In this document: positions 55,561 through 64,000 of the stretch, one piece after another
Position numbering within the stretch: position 1 is the stretch's first letter
How the letters are laid out: every line of letters starts with the position of its first letter
Origin: Diplonema japonicum
Taxonomy: Eukaryota > Protista > Euglenozoa: Diplonemea
Assembly (NCBI GenBank): GCA_964019335.1
Contig: OZ025663.1
Location: 62,001 to 126,000, forward strand
Length of the DNA: 64,000 nt
Direction: 5' to 3'
The notes under the pieces: generated by a model
Seen by the model: the letters and a program-made list of their open reading frames with translations, nothing else
Told to the model about the DNA's origin: nothing
Database searches by the model: none
Program-made: the position numbers and the translations under genes

Positions 55561-56446
55561 ATGGACCCAGGAGGCATGGTGTGGGGTGTCAGCGAAGAAG
55601 AGGTACAGACAGGACGGAGCGTGAGTGCGGAAGGGTCCAACAACGGAGGTTTCAAGAGCTTCTCCTACGAGAGTGTCAGCTATGAAGAGACACGGGCGAA
55701 CTTTGGAGCATCTTCAACAGATTACACCGAGGCTGGCTGCGTTCCCCAATCCCCGAGAATAGATGACGATGAAGATCTACCCATCCTTACAGAGCTGGGG
55801 ATCCACCCGGAACACATTAAGAGCAAAGCACTTAGCGTTTTAAATCCTTTTAAAATCCAGAACACCGACACCTGCAAAGAGTACATCGAGGATGAAGATT
55901 TAGCAGGTGTTCAATATAAAAAAAAAAAAAAAAAAAAAAGCCTATTAAAATACAGGCCCATTCTGCTTTGCACTATTACTAGGATTTGCTATGATGCTTG
56001 AGGGAAAGATGCATTTTGGACACATATATGGTACGTGGTGAAGGATTTTTTTTTTTTTTTTTTTTTTTAATTTACGCATTACAGCCTACGGGGTGACGGG
56101 CTGTCTGTTGATGTACGGCCTTCTGAATCTGATGAGTGATGTGGGTGTCGGTCTGCAGTTCACGCTCAGCATCCTGGGGTACAATATATTGCCCTTGTGT
56201 TTCTTGGCCTTCATTGCTGCGTTGGGATGGTTGCTGTTATCATCCCCCAGCTTTATTTTGTACACAACTTGCGCTGTCTTCATCACATGGTCCAGCTGGT
56301 GTGCGACTCAGGTATAATAGAAGGGGAAGGAACGCACCACACCACAGATGTTCGTCGTTGGCCTTAGCATGCAAAGGCAGTGGTGGCTTCTCTTCTACCC
56401 TCTTATGCTGTTCTACACAACTTTTGCGCTTATAACAATATTCTAG
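55561..56446 (+). CDS. YIPF5: Yip1/YIPF5-family Golgi membrane protein, 4 exons
   Basis: PILTELGI..HIKSKALSVLNPF, DLAGP, GKMHFGHIY, SILGYNILP and C-terminal YPLMLFYTTFALITIF*. Introns 55907-55955 (49 nt), 56031-56084 (54 nt) and 56312-56347 (36 nt). Confidence 0.9.
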
Positions 56447-57247
56447 AAAATGGAAGAGAGATAGAGAAGAAAAGAAGGGGTAAGAAAAGAGAAAAAAAAA
56501 AAAAAAAAGCAAAATATCTTGTGGTCAAAATATTTAAAAAAAAAGAAAAAAAAGAGAGGGGAGGGGGGAGCCTTGAACCTTTCTTCTTTTTTTTTTCCCT
56601 GGAAAAAAAAGTATTTTTAGAGACTAATAAGAATTTTTTTTTTGGTTCGTTCACTTTTTTTTTTTTTTGAAACCTTTTCCGTCTTTTGACGTCGGTTCAT
56701 AGAGACAAGAGACATAGAGATATCGAATTCCCGAGAGACTTCTTTTCACGTTGGGTTTCAGAGACAACATACGTTCCCGTTGGTCCAAAGCGACGAAAAA
56801 AACCTTTTCGTCGGTCATTTGCCCGTATCCCAGATCTCTTATTTATTTTAGTTGAGACCACAATCCACACTGACCGTCCTCAAAGCAGTGTGCTCAAAAC
56901 ACCTAAGCGAGAACCTTAAGTCTGCAATAGGTACAAAGGCCTTGAACGGGGTCTCTACCCTCTCCAAAGCACATCGTCTCTCTGTTTTAAAGCCTATATG
57001 AACGAGTGAACAAAAAACGATTTTTTTTTAATCTCTAAAAATACTCTCCATTTTTTTTTTTTCCCTTTCTTCTCCTTTCTTCCCCCCTCTTCTTCAAGAA
57101 AAAGTTAAAGAAAAAAACGAGGCAGGGGGGGGGGAAAGGACGGTAGAGTAGCCTATCTGAGTCCATTACTTTGTTTTTTTTTTTTTTTTTTTTTTTATGA
57201 TTTTTCTTCTACTACCTTTGCTAATCTAAAATCACATTGTGTCAGGC

Positions 57248-60200
57248 ATGCCCAATGGCCGCGGGCTGGGTCTCGGGCTCAGCACTTGTAGTGCAGTCAG
57301 CAGCAAGCAGTTCCAGGAAAGGGATGTGAAGGAAGCAGAGAAATGGGCCTCGCGACAAGATCGCATCAAGGCACTAGTAGCCGGGCAGGTACCGTTGAAT
57401 ATGGTCGAAAGACTAAAGCGAAAGGCCAGGACGGACGGTGCGCACTACGAGGCCATCCTGAAGGGGAACACGGACACTTCAAAAGCACTCTCTGTCGCCA
57501 GAAGCCTCATCTACAAGACCAAAAAGGACCATGCTGAAGAGTCCGAGACGACTGCCCTGGAGAAGGAGACAGACCGCTTCACCAAGCTGCGTGGAAGGAT
57601 AGCCTGCCTGCCCCCCCTCGCCGACACCGAAGACCCTGTCGTGCAAGCACTGTACACCACACTGCAGGGTGCCTCTCCCAAAGGAGTCTCCGTCCAAACA
57701 CTAGCCAAGTCTGCCATGCTTCGCAACACAGTTCGCCACTACGAAGATGAAGACATCAAAAGCCTCCCTTTCCACAAGCGGCAGGAGATGTACATATGCC
57801 TCCAGCAAAACCGCGACCTCGGCGATCCCGGACGTATCCTGGAGTCCAAAGCCAACGTCAGCAACTTGCTCAACTGCCGTGACGAAGGCGAGGAACGCAT
57901 CATAGTCGAGTCTGAACTGCAAGAGTGGGCCGCATCGCTGGAGGTCCCATTCGAAGGGATGGGCCGGAAGCTCAGCGCGTGTTTCGAGGCTGCCAAGAGA
58001 ACCGAAGACGAGAGCTTCAAGCTGCAGACAATGCATCAAGAATTCGAGAGGACCAAAGTGGACATGATGCAGGCTGCTCAGCAGCTCGTGTCCACTGAAA
58101 TAGGCCTCTCACGCGAGATCAAAGTGTTATCCAGCTGCCAGAAGTTCTTCAGCATCCACATGAACCGCAACTCCGTCGGGTGCAACACCGTGTTGTCCAT
58201 CTCTCCCGAAAATGGCAGCGCAAAACCTGACAACGAGGAGACCGACTCGTGGGAGGCAATAGGCGTAGACTCGAAGCAGACACGGTTGCTGAGCGGCCAC
58301 GAGGCAGGGGCCGCTGCGGTGGGGGATACCGACTTACTTAACGAGCTGCTCAACAAGCGGCGCGAGGACCTTGTGCGGGTGATGCAGGAGAAAGATTGTC
58401 TGACTTCCAAGCACCGCCAGGTCAACAATTTCCTCAAAGCTGACGCCCAGCTGGCGCAGTACGAAGCACTGCATGCCAGAACGCAACTCCTGAATATCGT
58501 GTCAGGGTTAGGGTTCACGGAGCTGTGGGAGGCGGATGCTGCCAACATGGATGCACCTACCGTGACAGATACTGAGGCCTTCCTTCAGAAGCTGAAAGAG
58601 ACAGTAGAGGGGGCCAATCGAGAAGAGAGGCACCTCGTAAGACAGCTGCGAGAGGAAGTAAAAGAACTGACCGTGGAAAGGGAAGAACACATCTACGAGA
58701 GCAAGCTATTGGAAATGAAAGTGAAACAGCTAGAGTTCGACAAGTCATCGGAGGCGGCGGAGAACCTGAGCGAGATTGAGACCTTGCGGCAGGTGGTTAA
58801 CGACAGAGACGCCTCGCTGAAAAAGATGGACTACAAAGTGAAGATGCAGACAGACACGCTTTTAGATTCCAAAGAGATCGAGAACCAGCAGGCGGCAGAG
58901 ATAGCAGCTTTGAAGGACGACATGCTGACGCTGAGGGCAGCGCACTCCAACTGCGTCACACTACAACAGCACCAGACAGATCTAGAAAAGATGAAAGAAG
59001 ACAGTAAGAAGGAATCGGTGTCGGATCAGTTGCGACAGAACACGTTGGTGGCACAGATGAAGATCCTGAAGAAGGAGGTGGAGGAGGCACCACTAAGGCT
59101 GCAAGCTATGGAAGAAAATCATGCGAGTGAACTGGAGGCAATGCAGGAGCAGGTGCAGAACATGCAGGCGGTGCTTATGATCACAACCTCGATGTGGGTT
59201 AGGAAGCTTGACGAAGAAAACAAACTCCTTACAGCAGTGAGGGAGGTGCTGCGGGATTCCAACGTGCAGGAGCTGCGTTGCGATCTATGGGGTCTTGTCG
59301 ACAGCAGGCTGTGTACCCTTAAGAGCAACATTCAATCGAGCGAGCAGGATCTTGCAGGGGTCACGAAGGAGGTCCGCACCCTACTAGGCACAACGTGCAA
59401 GCAGATTGAGAAAGAGCTCCAAAAAGGTCTGGGCGTGCATGAGGACGACGATTCGACTGTTATCAAACAGACGGTGGCCACTCTGGAGGCAGACATCATC
59501 GGACTCAAGGCAGAGAAAAACGAGCTCTTGCAAGCACAAACTGAGAGGCAAAATCAACTTCAGGAACTCAGGAACGACAAGGAGTGGGGCAAACGGCTTG
59601 TGATGGAGATTCAGGCCGCCGTAACAAAGGCAGTGCAGACAGGCGAAGCGTTGCCAAATATTACCAACATACACAACTACCCTGGGTGCTGGCGGGCAGA
59701 AATACAGAGTACAAACAACGTGCTGTCAGAGATAAGGGAGCATGTCCTGAGGACGCAAGATGAGGTCGCAGAGGCAGCTGCCTTCACGGAGAAAATACTG
59801 TCGGTGGCTGAGAACATGAACCCTAACAACGAGGGACACCACCCGATAGTTGCGGTGCTGCCTGTCATCAGTTCTTACGGATCTGCCCTGCGGTCCTCTT
59901 GCATGACGTTAGTTAGGGCCTCCCTCGACAGGTTCCGCTCGATGTTGACACCTGAAGACAAGAACATTGTGGACACAGCTCTGAAGCAAGAAAGGGACCT
60001 CACTGCCAAGACGATGCGCTTAACATTCAAGCGGATAGTTAACAGGTGCAGCGAGACTGTGTTGTTGAAACGGTTTAGGTACACTCTTGAGCGATGCAGC
60101 AGCGGTGAAGCGAATGGCGTACGCCAAGCCTATTCACAAACCCTGAACAAGCGGCTGGTACAAGTGTCATGTGACGTGGCTGAGGCCTCGAAGGTGCACG

Positions 60201-63200
60201 CGCAGCGGCTACAGAACTTCAATGAGCTACACAACTTGTTCACAAAGTACGACCTGCGGCAGAAGACGCTCGACACTGCTGTGCTTGACGCGAAGACGAA
60301 GCAAGCAGTGCAGGACGCACGAAGGAGAAGCTCCGCACAGAAAACCATGGACCGCAGAAGAAGTAGCACACAGCCTCAAAACAAACCCGAGCTTGCTCTT
60401 GTGATCGAGTCAGAGCCAGTGCAACTTGTGCGACCACGCTCCTCCAAACCAACTTTGGAAATTCCCAAGGAACCCAAACGCGAACACGCGGATTCAGCTT
60501 TGCCAGACTCGGAAAACAATGAAGAACCCAAAGAGAAAGAGGCCAAGTCTAAAGCATTGGACGGCATCGTCCCCCTCTCGCGCACTCGAGGAGCTTCCTG
60601 TTACATGAATGCACCTTCACCCGCGAACCGCGCTAGAGGCAACACGCAGATGAAACGATTCGATGACCATGCAGCGACAGTCAACAATAGGAAGGAAAAA
60701 GAGATCGGGGAGCTGAAGAGCAAGTTGAAAGAAGCAGCAAGTGAAACAAAGCAGGCACTTGAGTTGAACACAAAACAAGAAAGGAAGATAGAAAAACTGG
60801 AGAGGACTATCAAAGAGCTAGAAGACGACTTCAGGAGGGACAGGGAAAGGGGAAGGCCTCATTTCGCGCACACACACTACGATTCAGAACCACAGCTAAG
60901 GAAGAAAAGCAGGCGGAGGAAGTCTATCACTGGAGAAGCTTTAGAAGAGGACTGGCATGACGTTGCTGAGGTGCAAGAGAGCCTGATGCCTGCATCGGAG
61001 GACGTGGGTGTCCAGGTGATGCTCACAACTGAGACACTCGGCTGCGATGCCCAAGCTTCACAATCTTCCCTGCAGGCGACAGTGTCGGTGCAGCAGTCGC
61101 CCGGCGTTTCCTCCCTTGCATCCCCTGCATCCTTTACCCCTTTGAACCTCTCATCGGCTACTCCGCCACCTCTGTTGAATTTTAGCTTCGCAAACGCCAC
61201 TGAAGGTCCGCACACAGAGCAGGTGGTCATGGGCATGGGGACATCCCTGTTGCACAGTGCGACTCGGTGCTTCGCGGAACAAGAGACGCAATGCCAGCCT
61301 GTTACAACTGATATGGGCACAGTGCCAGGCGTAACTGTGCTTCCCTTTCCCTCACTGTTACCTGCCCCGCTGGAGGTGGTCACAACCGAAACACAAACTA
61401 GTACTTCGGCAGTGCACACCTATATGCAGACAGACACGCCAAGCGTTGTGTCTCGTGCTGGCTCTGCCTTTTTATATCCCATGGCTGACTTTGGGGTTAT
61501 GACAGATGTGGTAGAGCCTGGCGAGCTGCTCGCTCTCGACTCCGACCAGAGCGTTCAAGTCAGTGAACGCAGCTCAGAAGGCGGGGCCTGTTTCGATTGT
61601 CAAGAGAGCCTTGCAAGCTCTGTGTTCTGCACAGAGACAGGAGTGCGGCATAGAAAAGAAAAAGCGAGACCGGAACTACACATCAAGAAGATGGACAGCT
61701 GCGTGCTGGAGGCACACAAAGAAGCAAGCTTCGCCGTCAAGCCACTGGGAGGGTGGCAAGCAGAAAGCAAAGGTAGCGAGGACGGGGACAAGTACCCCAA
61801 ACCCTTGCACCGCTTCAAGAATCCCGAGCGACAGGTAGGGATACATGAAGGCGAGGTTTTGCCCAACTGGCCAGATGCGGCACGCAAGAGCTCAAATGTG
61901 CCCACACAAGTACCAGCTCGTAAAGGAAGTCAAAGCAAGCACAAACTCCACCCTGCCGAGATGCAGAGGCTACAGCACGAGGTCGAGCGCCTCAAAGAGG
62001 AGCTGGAAGACGCAATGCTTCTCATTGAAGCGGCAGAGAGCAGCAACCTGCAGTTAAAGGAACGACTTTATAGACAAAATAAGAACACAGAGCTTGTGCC
62101 TTACGATGGGAGTGTTGTCGGTGCTGTAAGCGTTCCACATCTGTCCATAGCTGTGCAGACAGAGGAGGTAGAGAAACGAAGGAGCGGCAGTGCAAGCAGC
62201 GTGTCATCTGTGCAGCAAGAACAACGCCGTGCTACTATCGACCTGCAAGCGTTGCAGATGCATGACCCTACAAGGTTCCTATTCCAACTAAAGCAGCAGT
62301 CGCGGTATCTTTTTGACAAGATGAAGACGTACCTGGACTCGGTGGTGTCGGATGTCCCTCCAGTGCCGAAGTCCTTGACCCCTGCACCCCTCAGCAGGCC
62401 GTCTTCGTGTGCTCGGACACCGACGTTCTTGAACCTGCCTTCTCCCGAAGACGGAGTGTCATACACGGAAAGGGGTGGTGTGAAGCTGTCTGAGAACTTG
62501 ATGAGAGCTCTGCAGCCGTACGAGAAGGAGTTCCAGGCATCGCGACCCGTGGAGTGCGCCAAAATGGCTGCGCAATGGAAGCAGCAGTGCATTGCTCAGG
62601 CAAAACGGGAGAAGGATGAACGCCGGTCAGTTTGCAGCAGACCCCCGTCGGCCCACCCGTTTTCACGACCAGGGTCGGCGATGCGTGTCTTAGAACCGCT
62701 TGTGCCAAGCGTGGTGCAGCTGCCGCTGCCTGGTGCTGACGAACCTGCCGACATCTTTAAATACGTGATTGACTACTTGCTACAACAGGCAGCCAAGCTG
62801 GCGGAGAACCAGATGACCTTACAAGTGACCAACGGCTTCAATGGTGTGTCGCTGGACAGCTTGCAGCACGTCACAAGCATGCCGTACGAGAAGGTCGAGG
62901 CTCTGTCCGACTTGCATGTTAAGAACCTCACACCAAGGCTGTCGCCAAGGCCGGAGAAGGCCCCTTTGGTGCCACTACCCCTGAAGCGCATCAAAGAAGT
63001 ACCAGTTGTGCGGAAAACATCACCACCATGCTCTCTGGAAGAGATGATTATGGACAATGCTGGGTTCAGACCTTCCAACCTGGAACTGTCGGTGGCGAGA
63101 GGCGTACGGCACCACACAACAGAGAAGGATGACGCGCAGCTAGGACCACTAGAACGGAGGAAACAGGAACAGAGGGTACTCACACACACAGCATCGGCAT

Positions 63201-63259
63201 CCTGCAAAAAGACAACCATCCCACGTAGATCTCCAATGCCTAGGTTACCACCTAGGTAG
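57248..63259 (+). CDS. Very large (~2000 aa) coiled-coil/low-complexity protein
   Basis: Uninterrupted 6-kb ORF with long heptad regions and several (E/Q)TQT-like motifs in the C-terminal third. Confidence 0.88.
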   Translation: MPNGRGLGLGLSTCSAVSSKQFQERDVKEAEKWASRQDRIKALVAGQVPLNMVERLKRKARTDGAHYEAILKGNTDTSKALSVARSLIYKTKKDHAEESETTALEKETDRFTKLRGRIACLPPLADTEDPVVQALYTTLQGASPKGVSVQTLAKSAMLRNTVRHYEDEDIKSLPFHKRQEMYICLQQNRDLGDPGRILESKANVSNLLNCRDEGEERIIVESELQEWAASLEVPFEGMGRKLSACFEAAKRTEDESFKLQTMHQEFERTKVDMMQAAQQLVSTEIGLSREIKVLSSCQKFFSIHMNRNSVGCNTVLSISPENGSAKPDNEETDSWEAIGVDSKQTRLLSGHEAGAAAVGDTDLLNELLNKRREDLVRVMQEKDCLTSKHRQVNNFLKADAQLAQYEALHARTQLLNIVSGLGFTELWEADAANMDAPTVTDTEAFLQKLKETVEGANREERHLVRQLREEVKELTVEREEHIYESKLLEMKVKQLEFDKSSEAAENLSEIETLRQVVNDRDASLKKMDYKVKMQTDTLLDSKEIENQQAAEIAALKDDMLTLRAAHSNCVTLQQHQTDLEKMKEDSKKESVSDQLRQNTLVAQMKILKKEVEEAPLRLQAMEENHASELEAMQEQVQNMQAVLMITTSMWVRKLDEENKLLTAVREVLRDSNVQELRCDLWGLVDSRLCTLKSNIQSSEQDLAGVTKEVRTLLGTTCKQIEKELQKGLGVHEDDDSTVIKQTVATLEADIIGLKAEKNELLQAQTERQNQLQELRNDKEWGKRLVMEIQAAVTKAVQTGEALPNITNIHNYPGCWRAEIQSTNNVLSEIREHVLRTQDEVAEAAAFTEKILSVAENMNPNNEGHHPIVAVLPVISSYGSALRSSCMTLVRASLDRFRSMLTPEDKNIVDTALKQERDLTAKTMRLTFKRIVNRCSETVLLKRFRYTLERCSSGEANGVRQAYSQTLNKRLVQVSCDVAEASKVHAQRLQNFNELHNLFTKYDLRQKTLDTAVLDAKTKQAVQDARRRSSAQKTMDRRRSSTQPQNKPELALVIESEPVQLVRPRSSKPTLEIPKEPKREHADSALPDSENNEEPKEKEAKSKALDGIVPLSRTRGASCYMNAPSPANRARGNTQMKRFDDHAATVNNRKEKEIGELKSKLKEAASETKQALELNTKQERKIEKLERTIKELEDDFRRDRERGRPHFAHTHYDSEPQLRKKSRRRKSITGEALEEDWHDVAEVQESLMPASEDVGVQVMLTTETLGCDAQASQSSLQATVSVQQSPGVSSLASPASFTPLNLSSATPPPLLNFSFANATEGPHTEQVVMGMGTSLLHSATRCFAEQETQCQPVTTDMGTVPGVTVLPFPSLLPAPLEVVTTETQTSTSAVHTYMQTDTPSVVSRAGSAFLYPMADFGVMTDVVEPGELLALDSDQSVQVSERSSEGGACFDCQESLASSVFCTETGVRHRKEKARPELHIKKMDSCVLEAHKEASFAVKPLGGWQAESKGSEDGDKYPKPLHRFKNPERQVGIHEGEVLPNWPDAARKSSNVPTQVPARKGSQSKHKLHPAEMQRLQHEVERLKEELEDAMLLIEAAESSNLQLKERLYRQNKNTELVPYDGSVVGAVSVPHLSIAVQTEEVEKRRSGSASSVSSVQQEQRRATIDLQALQMHDPTRFLFQLKQQSRYLFDKMKTYLDSVVSDVPPVPKSLTPAPLSRPSSCARTPTFLNLPSPEDGVSYTERGGVKLSENLMRALQPYEKEFQASRPVECAKMAAQWKQQCIAQAKREKDERRSVCSRPPSAHPFSRPGSAMRVLEPLVPSVVQLPLPGADEPADIFKYVIDYLLQQAAKLAENQMTLQVTNGFNGVSLDSLQHVTSMPYEKVEALSDLHVKNLTPRLSPRPEKAPLVPLPLKRIKEVPVVRKTSPPCSLEEMIMDNAGFRPSNLELSVARGVRHHTTEKDDAQLGPLERRKQEQRVLTHTASASCKKTTIPRRSPMPRLPPR

Positions 63260-63404
63260 CCCCCCGCTTTCATATCAAACACATCTGCAACATTCATTTG
63301 CATTACACTGACGACGCCATGGCCAATGTCTTCGGCTGGTGGCTGCCACCAGAAAGCTATTCAACTGTATATTTTAGCACATCATACATACACACAGGCA
63401 CACG

Positions 63405-64000
63405 ATGGCATCAGCATACTGGGGACTAATTGGGAGGAGTGGGTTAAATATCGTGACGGGAAATGAGGCGACAGGTGTGACGCAGGAAGAGTTGGACACA
63501 CACATTAGGCAAAAGCTGGTGGTGCCAAGGGGCAGTGTGGTGTCGATCAGGGGGATGAATGGGAATGCAGTTGAAGGGGACATCGAGCCGAATAGCCATG
63601 TGATGGTGCAGGTGCTGTCGGAGGAGTTGAAGCACAGCATGGACGAGCTGATGGAAGTGGACAGGGTGTTCAAGAAGGAGAAGAGGGAAGTCCCTGAGGA
63701 GCTTCCTGTCGAGCAGGGGAAAGCTCCCATCCAGCTGCTGCAAAGACTTGTCAGCGAACAGACAGCTTCCCTCCCGCCTACCACGATGCCGCTCCCAGGC
63801 CATCTCGCTAAGCCCCCAGGTCTTTCAAAGGACGCGCCTTCCCCTTCCACCTCTGCGCCGCCCAACCTCTATTGTCCTCTCACTAAGGTTCTCCTCACCG
63901 ACGCCGTCCTTCTCGCCTGCTGTGGGAATACTATATCCCAATCGGGTGTCACCGCAGGCCTGCCTTGCCCCATGTGCCAGGGCCCCCCTCCGACCTGCGC
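63405..64000 (+). CDS. RBBP6/Mpe1-like protein (partial, runs off the window)
   Basis: Not in the ORF track because there is no stop. Frame is open from MASAYWG after catacacacag; contains LYCPLTKVLLTDAVLLACCGNTI..CPMC, resembling the RBBP6 RING/U-box. Confidence 0.65.
   Translation, partial: MASAYWGLIGRSGLNIVTGNEATGVTQEELDTHIRQKLVVPRGSVVSIRGMNGNAVEGDIEPNSHVMVQVLSEELKHSMDELMEVDRVFKKEKREVPEELPVEQGKAPIQLLQRLVSEQTASLPPTTMPLPGHLAKPPGLSKDAPSPSTSAPPNLYCPLTKVLLTDAVLLACCGNTISQSGVTAGLPCPMCQGPPPTC

Noticed and set aside
6435-63865. Numerous minus-strand and alternative-frame ORFs overlapping real genes
   Set aside because: Shadow ORFs of GC-rich coding sequence with no recognisable motifs; the + strand frames carry the conserved domains.
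1-64000. tRNA, rRNA, snRNA or full SL RNA genes; stop-codon reassignment
   Set aside because: No cloverleaf or recognisable RNA gene seen by eye. TAA, TAG and TGA all terminate genes at expected positions.

Overview
Eukaryotic nuclear DNA, most likely from a diplonemid (Euglenozoa). This is inferred from three things: about 25 protein genes all lie on the + strand like a polycistronic cluster, PPDK is trypanosomatid-like and ends in the PTS1 signal SKL, and frequent GT-AG cis introns argue against a trypanosomatid. Bases 1-6100 are a nest of decayed DNA transposons: a hAT transposase relic, a piggyBac with intact TTAA/TIR ends, and a ~500-bp foldback palindrome. Parts of this nest show strong CpG-specific erosion. 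From 6465 to the end is a co-directional gene array: HECT E3, CCDC25, DysF protein, PPDK, nicastrin, Rab7-like, RasGEF, crotonase, kinesin-3, WSC-TM-RING, PPR, NOT2/3/5, ESF2, PH protein, EGLN-like oxygenase, YIPF5, RBBP6-like and several hypotheticals. Manual reconstruction gives 19 introns the ORF track misses. Fifteen are 32-54 nt, donors are mostly GTATG, acceptors are mostly ACAG preceded by A/C-rich rather than polypyrimidine tracts, and all lie near gene 3' ends. The same CA-rich ACAG motif sits just upstream of many start codons (likely SL trans-splice acceptors). A hairpin-headed repeat pair brackets the EGLN-like gene. All family calls are from motif recognition; no searches were run.
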